64,000 bases of DNA from an uncultured Collinsella sp. (GCA_958444075.1 CAUCNB010000002.1:13909-77908); one strand, 5' to 3'; positions 11,946 through 25,034 are shown, numbered from the stretch's first letter. The notes: generated from the sequence alone by a model not told the origin. A program made the numbers and translations.

Positions 11946-12019
11946 TTGCCGCATGGCGGCAAGGCGGCAGATTTTCCGCCCGCGCGGCAAGCCGGGCGAT
12001 TTTCCGCTTGGGCGGCAAA
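11946..12019. promoter_or_regulatory. Three palindromic TTKCCGC-N3/4-GCGGCAA boxes, candidate PRD-activator binding sites
   Basis: Boxes at 11946-11962, 11973-11990, 12001-12019 in the divergent intergenic region. Confidence 0.55.
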
Positions 12020-12099
12020 TTGGAAAAGACACCCTTTCTTAACCTGAGATACCATGGGGCGGTACACCCTGTCTGCCGTTCATCTCTTGGAGGAAAGCC

Positions 12100-14070
12100 A
12101 TGGCGAGCGCCAAGCAGAACCGCATCAACCGCATGATCGACGTGCTCGAAAACAGCAGCTCATGGGTGTCTTCCTCGATGCTTGCCGGCCTTTTGGGCGC
12201 GAGTGAGCGAAGCATCCGCAACTATGTTGCAGAGGTCAACGAGACCGGTACGCGACATATCGAATCGTCTAAAGAGGGCTATCGCCTTGCCACGGCGGCG
12301 CCGGCTGCCGCCAGCGCTTCCGCTAGTCCTTGCGAAGGTGTCAATACCCTCCCCGCGAACGCGGACTCCAGGCGCGACTTTACTATCTCCCGCCTTGTCA
12401 ACGCATGCGATGGACTCTCCGTCTTTGATATCGCCGATGAGCTCTTCATCAGCGAGAGCACGTTTCAGAGCTCCGTGATGCCGCAGGTGCGCGCACTCGT
12501 GCGGCAGTTCGGCCTCAATGTCGAGACACACGACTACCGCATGACACTCACGGGGCGAGAGGCCGACAAGCGCAAGCTTCTCGGCCACATAGCAACCCAC
12601 AACTCCTATGGCTATTTCACCTCAACCAAAACGCTCGAAAACATGTTTCCCGACTTTGACGTGCAGGCAACCCTCTCGAGCTTGGTCGCGATCTGCCAGC
12701 GCTCGGATTTATTTATCAACGACTACGCGCTCTCCAACCTGCTCGTGCACCTGTTAGTGATCATCATCAGGCTCACCTCGAACAACGAGCTCAGCGAGGT
12801 GGACGGCCCCATCGATGCAGACGGCCTAGTGGCACAACTCGGGCAGCGCGAGCAGATCGTACGCTGCGCCCAGCGCATCGCCGCCTACTTTGAGAAGGAG
12901 TTTGGTTGCGCCATCCCACGCGCCGATTTTCAGCAAATCCTGCTGCTTTTGGCGCTTTCCGTCGAACGTTGCGATTTTGACGAGCTCAACCGCGAGAAGC
13001 TCTCAAGCATCATTGACCGCGATTTTGTAGACATGGTTCTGGGGATTCTCGACGAGTGCGGCAAGCGCTACAACCTACCGCGCTTTATCGACGAGCCCAT
13101 GCGCCTGCAGCTCGTCCTGCATATGTTTAACGCCTACCAACGAGCCGTCTACCACGTAAGCTACCCCAACCCGCTCGCTGCGCAGATCAAAAGCGAGTAC
13201 GCACCGGTCTACGATATGGCGGTCTATATCGCCCATCGCTTCTCGACGGCCATGGATATCGAGGTAGGCGAGAACGAAATCGCGTTTATCGCCTTTCACA
13301 TCGGCGCCTATTTTGAGAAGTTTTCCGCACCCGACGGCGCCATCACCTGCACGGTCATCATCGAGGAGTATCACGACTTTGCGCGCAGGCTTGTCGACGA
13401 CCTTAAGGCCGAGTTTGGAGACGACATCAGCGTTGTTGCCGTGAGAAGCTGTGATAGCTACCTGGCCGATCCTCCCGAGAGCGATGTGGTGGTCACTACG
13501 GTCGACGTGCCGGTTTGTGGCGGTAGCACCAAGATCTTGATCGGGCCCATCCTCACTAAACAGAACGTGCGAAAGATCCGCGACCGGCTTTGTGCCATCC
13601 AAGAGCGGCGGCGGCGCCTCTACGCTCAGGGCCTTTTGGGGCACCTGCTGTGGCCGGAGCTATTTATACGCAACATAGACGCGGTTGACGCCACAAGCTG
13701 CATCGACCGAATGGGAGAGCTTTTGGCTGCTCAGGAGCTCGTAACGCCCGAATTTATCGCCAACGTGCATCTGCGCGAGAACGTCTCATCGACAGCGTTT
13801 ACTGACTGCCTTGCCATACCCCATGCGATCTCGGTGTATCCCAAGCGCTCGTTTATTGCCGTGGTCCACAATGACGCCCCGATTCCTTGGGGACGCCACG
13901 ACGTGCGATTTGTGCTGCTTATAGGTACCGCGCAGGAAGACATGGGGCTCTTTAGAGATGTGCTCGACCTGATTATCGAAGTGTTCTCCTCGGTAGAGAC
14001 CACGATGAGGCTCATGCAGACCGACACCTTCGAAGAGTTTCTGGCTGCGTTTACGCACGATATCGGATAA
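12100..14070 (+). CDS. LicR/MtlR-type PRD-containing transcriptional activator (HTH-PRD-PRD-EIIB-EIIA)
   Basis: N-terminal HTH SERSIRNY, FISESTF, PRD His motifs LLVH/LVLH/IAFH, EIIA RE...LAIPH. Confidence 0.92.
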   Translation: MASAKQNRINRMIDVLENSSSWVSSSMLAGLLGASERSIRNYVAEVNETGTRHIESSKEGYRLATAAPAAASASASPCEGVNTLPANADSRRDFTISRLVNACDGLSVFDIADELFISESTFQSSVMPQVRALVRQFGLNVETHDYRMTLTGREADKRKLLGHIATHNSYGYFTSTKTLENMFPDFDVQATLSSLVAICQRSDLFINDYALSNLLVHLLVIIIRLTSNNELSEVDGPIDADGLVAQLGQREQIVRCAQRIAAYFEKEFGCAIPRADFQQILLLLALSVERCDFDELNREKLSSIIDRDFVDMVLGILDECGKRYNLPRFIDEPMRLQLVLHMFNAYQRAVYHVSYPNPLAAQIKSEYAPVYDMAVYIAHRFSTAMDIEVGENEIAFIAFHIGAYFEKFSAPDGAITCTVIIEEYHDFARRLVDDLKAEFGDDISVVAVRSCDSYLADPPESDVVVTTVDVPVCGGSTKILIGPILTKQNVRKIRDRLCAIQERRRRLYAQGLLGHLLWPELFIRNIDAVDATSCIDRMGELLAAQELVTPEFIANVHLRENVSSTAFTDCLAIPHAISVYPKRSFIAVVHNDAPIPWGRHDVRFVLLIGTAQEDMGLFRDVLDLIIEVFSSVETTMRLMQTDTFEEFLAAFTHDIG

Positions 14071-14071
14071 A

Positions 14072-14128
14072 GGCTCGACCCGCATCCTCGACATGCTCGT
14101 GGGAGAGCAGCTGCCGAGAATTTACTAG
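14072..14128 (+). repeat. 57-bp direct repeat, right copy (orphan hypE 3' end)
   Basis: Encodes GSTRILDMLVGEQLPRIY-stop; 3 mismatches to the hypE copy. Confidence 0.95.
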
Positions 14129-14251
14129 GGCGGAATTGCACGGCTGGCGCGATGTGGCTTGATATCCCTGGAGATGTTCAGATTCCAGCCACGCCAGACG
14201 CGTAAGCCCAGTATTATGAGGTGCGTTTTAAACCCAATGACGGGAGCTTTC

Positions 14252-14920
14252 ATGGCAGCAGCTTTTTCCACCGTGATCTTTGACCTGGACGGCACCATTC
14301 TCAACACGCTCGAGGACCTGGCGGCCGCCGGCAACCATACCTGCGAGACGCACGGCTGGCCCACGTTTGCCGTTGACGAGTACCGTTACAAGGTGGGAAA
14401 CGGCATGCTCAAGCTGGTTGAGCGCTTTATGCCCGCCGAGTACGCGGGCGACAGCCGTATGTTTGAGCAGACGCTTGCCGAGTTTAGGGCTTACTACGGC
14501 GAGCACAAGGAGGACCACACCGCACCGTACGCCGGCACGATCGAGATGCTCGACCGCCTGCGCGCCGCGGGTGTGCAGCTTGCCGTGCTCACTAACAAGG
14601 ACCACGTCTCGGCCGCTCCGCTTATCGAGAAATACTTTGGTTCCGAGCGCTTTGCGCTGGTGCAGGGCCGCGTCGATGCGCTTCCTCCCAAGCCCGAGGC
14701 GCCTGTTACGCTGCATGTGATGAAAGAGCTAGGCGCCGACCCGGCAACCACACTCTATGTGGGCGATTCCAATGTCGATATCCTGACCGGTCACAACGCC
14801 GGCCTCAAGAGCGCCGGCGTCGCCTGGGGCTTCCGTGGCCGCGCAGAGCTCGAAGCAGCCGGTGCCGACTACGTGGTTGACACGCAGGAAGAGCTCGCGG
14901 CGCTGATCCTGGGCGAGTAA
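14252..14920 (+). CDS. HAD-family hydrolase (phosphoglycolate phosphatase-like)
   Basis: IFDLDGT, VLTNK, KPEA, YVGDSNVD, WGF. Confidence 0.92.
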   Translation: MAAAFSTVIFDLDGTILNTLEDLAAAGNHTCETHGWPTFAVDEYRYKVGNGMLKLVERFMPAEYAGDSRMFEQTLAEFRAYYGEHKEDHTAPYAGTIEMLDRLRAAGVQLAVLTNKDHVSAAPLIEKYFGSERFALVQGRVDALPPKPEAPVTLHVMKELGADPATTLYVGDSNVDILTGHNAGLKSAGVAWGFRGRAELEAAGADYVVDTQEELAALILGE

Positions 14921-14968
14921 CGCCAGCGCTGCCCAACCCAGCCGCCGCAATGCCGTTGCGCGGAAAGT

Positions 14969-14995
14969 AGTCGTTGGGGACGTTCTTAAACGACT
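14969..14995 (-). repeat. REP-like hairpin (GTCCCC-loop family)
   Basis: Reverse complement reads AGTCGTT-TAAGAACGTCCCC-AACGACT. Confidence 0.75.
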
Positions 14996-15029
14996 GGTCA
15001 AACAATGGCAACGTCGCAGGTAGAGGACG

Positions 15030-15177
15030 GACAGCGAAAACGCCCCTAAGCGAGCAAGGTGACGTGAAATGAAAGGGCGCTGACCTTCTGGTCGCGCCCT
15101 TGAAATTGAACGTCAGATTGCCGCTTAGGGGCGTTTGCAGCGTCGAGCAGTTACGGCGTTTGGTAAAACGCCGCAAC
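15030..15177. ncRNA. 148-nt structured repeat, copy 1 (candidate ncRNA or ssDNA element)
   Basis: Long interrupted hairpin plus 3' hairpin; compensatory changes against copy 2 at 23982-24129. Confidence 0.7.
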
Positions 15178-15196
15178 GAACTACCGCGTAACTCCC

Positions 15197-15754
15197 CTAG
15201 TTCATCATTGCATTCATCATCTCGGTGGTTGCGGAATCGTCAGCAGACCACTCGCCATCGTCATTGGCGGTGTACTTGAAGGTAACCTTGGTGTCCTTGG
15301 TCTTAGCGGCCTTGGTCACGTCGACCATGACCTGGCCGGCCATCTTGTACAGGTCGTCCTCGGAAGGCATCGTATCGAGCGCCGCGATCTTCTCCTGATA
15401 CTGGGTGGCGAAATCTTCAACGATCTTGTTCATGGACTTGCAGGTAATGGTGACATCGGCAGTCGCGGTGCCCTTGTCCTCGTCGACCGTCACATCGCCG
15501 ATCTTGTAGTCAAAACCCTCGAGATAGCTCTTGGCGTACTCCTTGGGATCGATGCCCAGCTGCTCGAACTCGTCGCCCGAGGCCTCTTCCAGGCCGGCGA
15601 GGAAGTCGTCGCCGCCGTTCTTGACCTCGTCAAACTGCGTCGTAAGATCCTCGGTGATGAGCTCCTCAACCGAAGGACCTCCGCAGCCGGAAAGCACAAC
15701 CACGCACGCGACCAGAACAGCCATCAGGGGCGCAAGCAGCAGCTTCTTCTTCAT
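15197..15754 (-). CDS. Lipoprotein, unknown function
   Basis: MKKKLLL signal peptide, LSGC lipobox, GGAGG RBS. Confidence 0.85.
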   Translation of the reverse strand: MKKKLLLAPLMAVLVACVVVLSGCGGPSVEELITEDLTTQFDEVKNGGDDFLAGLEEASGDEFEQLGIDPKEYAKSYLEGFDYKIGDVTVDEDKGTATADVTITCKSMNKIVEDFATQYQEKIAALDTMPSEDDLYKMAGQVMVDVTKAAKTKDTKVTFKYTANDDGEWSADDSATTEMMNAMMN

Positions 15755-15989
15755 GACATTCCTCCCAACAAGCGGCACCGCGCTTCCCGACGCGGTGCGC
15801 GTCGTAACAATAAGGCCATACTAGCCGATAACGAACACCCCCGGCAAAGCAAAGGCGCAGTCGGCTCGATTTAACGTCCGAACGGTTTACCGGTCCGCCC
15901 AACGCGCAATAAAACGTTCCGCCGCATTGCAATAAAAAAGGGCGGCCGGATAACCCGACCACCCCAAAACACCCTTATGTTGCCGCAGA

Positions 15990-16526
15990 CTACTTGCGGA
16001 CGACCTTAACGATGGCGTCGCCGGCGGCGACAGCGGAGTCGGCCTCGACGGCGAGCTCAACGTCGGCAAACTCGGCGGTGTTGGACACGGCCACGACGAC
16101 ACAGTCCTTGTAACCGGCAGCAGCGATCTTGGCGCGGTCGATCTTGAGCATGGGCTGGCCAGCCTTAACGACATCGTCGGCCTTGACGAAGCCCTCGAAG
16201 CCGTCGCCGTTCATGTTGACGGTATCGACGCCAACGTGCACCAGAACCTCGATGCCGCTATCGGACTGCAGGCCCACGGCGTGACCCATGGTGACGGTCA
16301 CCTTGCCGTCGCAGGGAGCGTAGACCAGATCGTCCTCGGGCCACACGGCGCAGCCCTTGCCCAGAACCTCGCCACCAAAGACGGGATCGGGCACGTCGGC
16401 CATCTTGATGACCTTGCCCTTGACGGGCGAGCACAGCACGTCGGCGCCGGCAGAAGCAGAGATGGAGGCCGGAGCAGCGGCAACCGCGGGCTCAGCCTTC
16501 TTCTTGAACATGTCAAACAGACCCAT
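15990..16526 (-). CDS. Stand-alone PTS glucose-family IIA
   Basis: SPVKG, VPDPVF, GHAVG, VLVHVGVDTV. Confidence 0.93.
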   Translation of the reverse strand: MGLFDMFKKKAEPAVAAAPASISASAGADVLCSPVKGKVIKMADVPDPVFGGEVLGKGCAVWPEDDLVYAPCDGKVTVTMGHAVGLQSDSGIEVLVHVGVDTVNMNGDGFEGFVKADDVVKAGQPMLKIDRAKIAAAGYKDCVVVAVSNTAEFADVELAVEADSAVAAGDAIVKVVRK

Positions 16527-16666
16527 ACGTTTTCTCCTCTTGATTCAGCGCAACGTTATGCGCATGCCTATGGTGATTATAGTGCCAAATGGTTCAAATG
16601 CTAAGGTGGGGACTCGAATCACGAGCCCATCCCAAGGCTTTTCCCCGGTGGCACCCATCTTGTCGA

Positions 16667-19269
<2,603 letters not shown>

Positions 19270-19383
19270 GGCTTGCCAATCGTTGATTTGGTCATAGTTC
19301 GTCGTGATTCAGATATTAGCAGAACGCGCCGACGCGTCCATAATCTGTGCTATGCAGCAGATCGATCGAGCCAAGGAGGATCC

Positions 19384-21975
19384 ATGACCGCGTACTATCA
19401 GCAGGTGCTCGAGGGCACATACGACAACCACGTGCTTCCGTTTTTGTGGATGAAGGGCGAGAGCCATAAGACCATTGCCGAGTATCTGGAAAAGATCGCC
19501 GGCGCCGACATCCACGAGGTCTGTCTCGAAAGCCGCCCACACCCCGATTTTTGCGGCGAGGGCTGGTGGCGCGACTTGCGCTTTGTCATTGACGAGTGCA
19601 GGCAGCTGGGCCTTAAGCTCTGGATCTTGGACGACGCGCACTTCCCCACGGGCTTTGCCAACGGCGCCGTCAAGGAGGCCGTGCCCGAGCTCCGCAAGAT
19701 CGTGCTCACGCACCGCACGTTCGACATCGTGGGCCCCACGTCCGCCGCGAGCATCGCGCTCGCCAACATGCTCGACAAAACGGAGCGCTTCTACGGCGTG
19801 ACATTTATGCAGGACGGCAGCCCCGTCGACGTCGCTTACCGAGTAATCGACGATGCAGACGGCAACCCCAGCCGCCTGGTCTTCGATGCACCTGCGGGCC
19901 TCACGCAGGCATGCGTGATGTTCACGAGCGGCAAGACCTCCTACAACGAGGACTACATCAATATGGTCGACCGCGCCTCGGTGGCGCAGCTCATCGATGC
20001 TGTCTACGAGCCGCATTTTGAGCATCTGGGCGATGAGTTTGGCAAGACCATCTTGGGCTTTTTCTCCGATGAGCCCGGATTTGCCAACGAGAAGGGCACC
20101 ACGGGCCCCGATGGCATCTCGGACACGCTCATCGGCAAGGCCACCGCGCCCCTACCCTGGTCGGCCGAGCTTGAGCGTCGCCTGCGCGCGGCACTGGGCG
20201 AGCGCTACCTGGCCGAGCTCCCGCACCTGTGGGACCGCGAGCCGGCCGGCGCGCACGTACGCCACGTCTATATGGACATCGCGAGCACCCTCTATAAGGA
20301 GTGCTTCTGCGACCAGCTCGGAGACTGGTGCCGCGCGCGCGGCGTGCAGTACATCGGCCACGTTATCGAGGACAAGGACTGCCACGCGCGCCTGGGCGTG
20401 GGCGCCGGGCACTACTTCCGCGCCGTGGGCGGTCAGGACATGGCGGGCGTCGACATCGTGATCAACCAGCTGGTACCCGGCATGGACCGCGGCCTTCACA
20501 GCTACGGACGCGGCGTGTGGGACCTCGAGTTCTATAACTACGTGCTGCCCAAGCTGGGCTCCTCGGCAGCACACCTCGACCCCAAAAAGCAGGGGCGCTG
20601 CATGGCCGAGGTCTTTGGCGCATTTGGATGGCACGAAGGCCTACGCGAGATGAAGTGGATCGCCGATCATTTTTTGGTGCGCGGCGTCAATTGGTTTGTG
20701 CCGCATGCCTTTAGCATGGCCGCCTTCCCCGACTGGGACTGCCCGCCGCATTTCTATGCGCATGGCCAAAACCCCCAGTTTGCACACTTTGGGCAGCTTA
20801 TGAGCTACATGAACCGTACGGCGAGCCTGCTGAGCGGCGGGCGCGCAACGACCCCGGTGGCGCTTCTCTACCATGCGGACGCCGAGTGGGCAGGCGAGGC
20901 GAACTTTATGCAGCATGCCGCCTCCGAGCTTATGCGCGCGCAGGTCGACTTCGACATCGTGCCGGCAGAGGCATTTGAGGACGCAGGGCGCTATGCCGTT
21001 GAAATTGCCGCAGACGGTAGCGGCTTTAGCGTGAACGGCCAGGCATACCGCTGCCTGGTGATGCCCGGAGCCGAGTTTGTCGGCGAAGCCGTGCTCGACT
21101 TTGCCGCGCGTGCCGCAGCCGCAGGTGTTGCCGTGTACGCGCTGGATGAGTTGCCGAACAAGCGCTACGACGGTGACACTGCAGGTCGCGAGGGCTTTGC
21201 CTCCCTGGATGCAGCCGCGGTCGCCGGCATCAAGCTCCTGGCGACCACCGAGCTCGCAGACACACTTGCCAACACCGGCATGCAGACCGTGGTTTGCGCC
21301 GAGCCCCAGCCCTGGCTGCGCGCACTGCGCTACGAGCGGGCGGGCGAGACCTATCTGATGCTCGTCAACGAGCATCCCAAGCAGGGTATCTCCACTCAGA
21401 TTGCGCTTGCCGACGGCACACCCGTTGCAGGCGCGCGCCTCGATCTGCTCAACGGCACCGAGCCCGCCGCCTTTGACGGCACGCTCGAGCTGGCTCCCTA
21501 CGAGAGCTGCATCGTGGTCCTTGGGGCTACAGGTTCCGTTGCTGTGGCAACTGCTGGAGACGAAGCCACATGCGTCGACGAGCCCTGGGCGGTTGCCTTC
21601 TCTGCCCCTGGTACCGATGCCTTTGGCGAGTCTGTTGAGCTTGCAGACCTGCACGACCTTTCCTCGGCCGAGTTCCCCGGCAAGGCCGGCACGTTCCGCT
21701 ACCAGGCCTCCTTTGTCCTGGGCGAAGCGGCCAGCCGCGCTGTCATCGACCTTGGGGAGGTCTTTGAGACCGCAACCGTCACCCTCGACGGCAAATCCCT
21801 CGGCACCCGCATCTGTCCGCCTTACCGCTTTGAGGCCGCCGCACTTTTAGCCGGCGAGCACGCGCTCACGATCGATATCATCAACACCCTCGACCACGCC
21901 GTCCCCGACGTGTTCGGCATGACCGAGCCCTCCGAGCCCAGCGGTCTCTTGGGGCCCGTACGCGTGCTCGGGTAA
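19384..21975 (+). CDS. Glycoside hydrolase, GH106 (alpha-L-rhamnosidase)/GH2-like
   Basis: LPFLW, WILDDAHFPTG, GFFSDEPG, SSAAH, EVFGAFGW, C-terminal SGLLGPV; AAGGAGG RBS at 19384. Confidence 0.75.
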   Translation: MTAYYQQVLEGTYDNHVLPFLWMKGESHKTIAEYLEKIAGADIHEVCLESRPHPDFCGEGWWRDLRFVIDECRQLGLKLWILDDAHFPTGFANGAVKEAVPELRKIVLTHRTFDIVGPTSAASIALANMLDKTERFYGVTFMQDGSPVDVAYRVIDDADGNPSRLVFDAPAGLTQACVMFTSGKTSYNEDYINMVDRASVAQLIDAVYEPHFEHLGDEFGKTILGFFSDEPGFANEKGTTGPDGISDTLIGKATAPLPWSAELERRLRAALGERYLAELPHLWDREPAGAHVRHVYMDIASTLYKECFCDQLGDWCRARGVQYIGHVIEDKDCHARLGVGAGHYFRAVGGQDMAGVDIVINQLVPGMDRGLHSYGRGVWDLEFYNYVLPKLGSSAAHLDPKKQGRCMAEVFGAFGWHEGLREMKWIADHFLVRGVNWFVPHAFSMAAFPDWDCPPHFYAHGQNPQFAHFGQLMSYMNRTASLLSGGRATTPVALLYHADAEWAGEANFMQHAASELMRAQVDFDIVPAEAFEDAGRYAVEIAADGSGFSVNGQAYRCLVMPGAEFVGEAVLDFAARAAAAGVAVYALDELPNKRYDGDTAGREGFASLDAAAVAGIKLLATTELADTLANTGMQTVVCAEPQPWLRALRYERAGETYLMLVNEHPKQGISTQIALADGTPVAGARLDLLNGTEPAAFDGTLELAPYESCIVVLGATGSVAVATAGDEATCVDEPWAVAFSAPGTDAFGESVELADLHDLSSAEFPGKAGTFRYQASFVLGEAASRAVIDLGEVFETATVTLDGKSLGTRICPPYRFEAAALLAGEHALTIDIINTLDHAVPDVFGMTEPSEPSGLLGPVRVLG

Positions 21976-22141
21976 CGCCCCGGGCGCAAACGGCCCAACA
22001 AGGACAGCGCCCCTATGTTGAGCCCGCGCAGCGTCGAGCGGTCCGTCGTTCATAGACCGGCGGACCAAAACTCCCAGCCAAGCCGAACGTTTTATTTATC
22101 GCTATGATTGGTTTATCGCGACGCAAACGCATAGGAGCCAT

Positions 22142-22996
22142 ATGGATATCAGGCGGAAGATCACGCAGGGCAAAAGCCTCACCCCCACCGAGCAACAACT
22201 TGGGCGAACGGCCCTCGCCATGGGCGAGGATGTGCGCGGGCTTTCCATTAAGGAATTTGCCGCGTGCGCCAACGTTTCGGTCGCGAGCGTGCACCGCTTT
22301 TGCAAAAAGCTCGGCCTCGAGGGATTCAAAGACCTCAAGGTCGAGCTCATCCGCCAGGCGACCGAGGCGGGCAACCGGCGCGACGTGGACATCAACTTTC
22401 CCTTCGATGCCACCTCCACCCCTGCGCAGGTGATGGAGCGCATGGAGGGGCTCTACCAGACCACCTTGGCCGAAACGCAGGAGCTGCTCGACCCTGCACA
22501 GCTCGACCACGCCGCCAAGCTCATCATGCGCGCCGGCACCGTGGACATCTACACGGGCTCGCATAACCTGTATCCAGCGGGAATGTTCCGCGATCGCCTG
22601 CTTTCCGCCGGCAAAAGCGCGACGTGCCACGACAGCGTCGAGGCGCAGGTGCGCACGGCGCTCGCCTCGGGTCCCGACCATGTGGCAATCATCATCTCCT
22701 ACAGCGGCCTTGCCCCCAACCTCAAGGAGATCTTGCCGATCCTTAGCAGTCGACATGTCCCGGTCATCGTCATCGGCACGCCGTACTGTGCCCGCATTCA
22801 CCCCGGCTTTGCCGCCTATCTCACGGTAAGCGACCACGAGAGCATGACGCACCGCATCACGCAGTTCGCCAGCCATATCGCCGTGCAATACGTACTCGAT
22901 TCGCTCTATAGCAGCTACTTTGCCAAAGATTACGCCCGCTGCTCCGAGTTCTTAGAGCGCTCGTTCCCCTACACCCGCCTGCCCGGACTCAAGTAG
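22142..22996 (+). CDS. RpiR/MurR-family regulator
   Basis: LTPTE, SVASVHRFCKKLGLEGFKDLK, SIS domain ISYSG. Confidence 0.93.
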   Translation: MDIRRKITQGKSLTPTEQQLGRTALAMGEDVRGLSIKEFAACANVSVASVHRFCKKLGLEGFKDLKVELIRQATEAGNRRDVDINFPFDATSTPAQVMERMEGLYQTTLAETQELLDPAQLDHAAKLIMRAGTVDIYTGSHNLYPAGMFRDRLLSAGKSATCHDSVEAQVRTALASGPDHVAIIISYSGLAPNLKEILPILSSRHVPVIVIGTPYCARIHPGFAAYLTVSDHESMTHRITQFASHIAVQYVLDSLYSSYFAKDYARCSEFLERSFPYTRLPGLK

Positions 22997-23027
22997 CGAC
23001 GAGCGTGGATTTTTGGACACCAACCTA

Positions 23028-23096
23028 GCGAGCGTGGATAATCTCCCACTTTGAGCCCGCACACAGGCCAAAACCGGGAGATTATCCACGCTCATT
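23028..23096. repeat. Inverted-repeat element, copy 1
   Basis: GAGCGTGGATAATCTCCC...GGGAGATTATCCACGCTC; homologous to 43526-43594. Confidence 0.8.
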
Positions 23097-23139
23097 TTGG
23101 GTCCCCTGGGAACGCATGAGGAGGGCGGATAGACAGCCG

Positions 23140-23760
23140 TTATTTGCGAGGCGTCAGCGACGTAAAGAGTCCGTGTTGGTTGCAGTAAAGATATATCCTG
23201 CCGCGCCCGGTAATATGGAAGCGCGGCTGCACCGATTGCTCTGGATAGAGCTTCTTAAAGCAGATGCCGTCCATAGTCGCATATGCCACAAAGCTAATGT
23301 AGTGATCCTTGGTCATGGGATGATCGAGCGTGACGTACCAATCGTCCTCGATGCGCTCGATGGAAAAGGCGTGGTCCGCGCCCGGCTCTTCGGCCTCCTG
23401 GGGAAACATCGTGGAGCCACAGCAGCTAAAGCTGCCTTCTCCGAGCGCGTGCACAACGTTTCCGCAGATAGGGCAAACGTAAAAGACGCCTTTGAGCATA
23501 TTGCCTGCACGGTTGGCGTTGGCCCGAATGTCACCAGCCAAAAGCTCAGCCACGCTTATGCCGAGTCTCTGGGCCAAAGGCTCGACAAGGGAAATGTCGG
23601 GAAGGCCGCGGCCGGATTCCCACTTGCTGACAGCTTTATCGGTCACGCCAAGGCTTTCCGCCAGGGCGCGCTGGGTGAGGCCGCGCTCTTCGCGCAGCTG
23701 CTTGATGGCATGCGCTGCCAAAAAAGTATGGGAGGCATTGGTTTGCCGTGTCTGGTTCAT
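23140..23760 (-). CDS. XRE HTH regulator fused to desulfoferrodoxin-like domain
   Basis: AVSKWESGRGLPD HTH; CPICGN...CCG; H...HPM..HY...CNQHG. Confidence 0.88.
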   Translation of the reverse strand: MNQTRQTNASHTFLAAHAIKQLREERGLTQRALAESLGVTDKAVSKWESGRGLPDISLVEPLAQRLGISVAELLAGDIRANANRAGNMLKGVFYVCPICGNVVHALGEGSFSCCGSTMFPQEAEEPGADHAFSIERIEDDWYVTLDHPMTKDHYISFVAYATMDGICFKKLYPEQSVQPRFHITGRGRIYLYCNQHGLFTSLTPRK

Positions 23761-23895
23761 GGGCTGTCCAATCAAATTGAAGAAATGGAGTGAACCGGTT
23801 CGACAGTCAGTATCCATTTGAAGGCCAGGCTCGACAACCTACGCTGCGTAGACATGCGCCAATCGAACGAGCGCGGTTTTTTGGACACTCATCCT

Positions 23896-23953
23896 GAGTA
23901 GTCATTTAAGAACGTCCCCAATGACTACTCATTTATGTCTGTCCCCAATGACT
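23896..23953 (+). repeat. Two tandem REP-like hairpins (GTCCCC-loop family)
   Basis: AGTCATT-TAAGAACGTCCCC-AATGACT and ACTCATT-TATGTCTGTCCCC-AATGACT. Confidence 0.75.
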
Positions 23954-23981
23954 ACCACGGCAACGCCGATGTTTTGGTAGC

Positions 23982-24129
23982 GACAGCGAAAACCCGCCAG
24001 AGCGAGCAAGGTGCCTTGAAACGAGGCGGCATTGACCTTCTGGTCATGCCGCCGAAGTTGAAAGGCAGATTGCCGCTCTGGCGGGTTTGCAGCGTCGAGC
24101 AGTTACGGCGTTTGGTAAAACGCCGTAAC
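23982..24129. ncRNA. 148-nt structured repeat, copy 2
   Basis: Same length and loops as 15030-15177; stems differ in sequence but remain paired. Confidence 0.7.
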
Positions 24130-24809
24130 TAACGAGCTCCGTACTGCTCGTAGTAGGCGTCGATGGCGGTCTTGAGCTCGTCGTCGATGACAACCTTGCC
24201 GTCGATCTCGTGGTTGTAAAGGGTCTCGACGACCTCGGCCATGGAGACGATGCTCGCGACGGGGAAACCGTACTTGGCCTCGATCTCCTTCTGCGCGGTG
24301 GTCACGCCGCCCTTGCCGACCTCCATGCGGTTGAGGGACACGATCAGGCCCTTGATCTCGACATCGGCAGCAGCCTTGACCTTGGGATAGGTCTCGTCGA
24401 TGGACTTGCCGCTGGTGGTGACGTCCTCGACCATGATCACACGGTCGCCGTCCTGGGGCTCATAGCCCAGCAGGTTGCCCTTGTCGGCGCCGTGGTCCTT
24501 GGCCTCCTTGCGGTCGCAGCAGTACTTGACCTCCTTGCCGTACAGCTCGTGGTAGGCGATGGCGGTCACGACGGCCAGGGGAATGCCCTTGTAGGCCGGC
24601 CCAAACAGGACATCAAAGTCGTCGCCAAAGCTATCGTGGATGGCCTGGGCGTAATACTCGCCCAGCTTCTTGAGCTGATAGCCCGTCACGTAAGCGCCGG
24701 CGTTCATAAAGAACGGGGACTGACGGCCGCTCTTGAGCGTAAAGCTGCCGAACTTAAGGACGTCGGACTCAACCATAAACTTGATGAACTCTTGCTTGTA
24801 AGCCTCCAT
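24129..24809 (-). CDS. pyrE: Orotate phosphoribosyltransferase
   Basis: FGSFTLKSGRQSPFF, FGPAYKGIP, RKEAKDHG, VEDVTTSG. Confidence 0.97.
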   Translation of the reverse strand: MEAYKQEFIKFMVESDVLKFGSFTLKSGRQSPFFMNAGAYVTGYQLKKLGEYYAQAIHDSFGDDFDVLFGPAYKGIPLAVVTAIAYHELYGKEVKYCCDRKEAKDHGADKGNLLGYEPQDGDRVIMVEDVTTSGKSIDETYPKVKAAADVEIKGLIVSLNRMEVGKGGVTTAQKEIEAKYGFPVASIVSMAEVVETLYNHEIDGKVVIDDELKTAIDAYYEQYGAR

Positions 24810-24939
24810 GCGGGCTCCTCTCGTAATCGCGTACGTGCCTTCCAGTTTAGCGCAGGCAGGGCGTCGGTGCGGGCGCGCTTTGGGGCCTCAGCATTCTGTA
24901 AAGGCTTTGTCAGGGGCAATGGTTTTCCAAACAAAGGGG

Positions 24940-24968
24940 TTGACACGGCAAACCCCCTCATCAAAAAT
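24940..24968 (+). promoter_or_regulatory. Putative sigma-70 promoter for mgtA leader
   Basis: TTGACA-N17-AAAAAT. Confidence 0.4.
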
Positions 24969-25034
24969 ACGGGCGGATTAAAACGGGTACGAGATACCCA
25001 AAGCGCGCCGCGCCCGGCCTTAAGGAGGTGTGCC

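Noticed and set aside
23935..24132. 65-aa ORF across the structured repeat
   Set aside because: No RBS, and substitutions between copies track base pairing rather than codons
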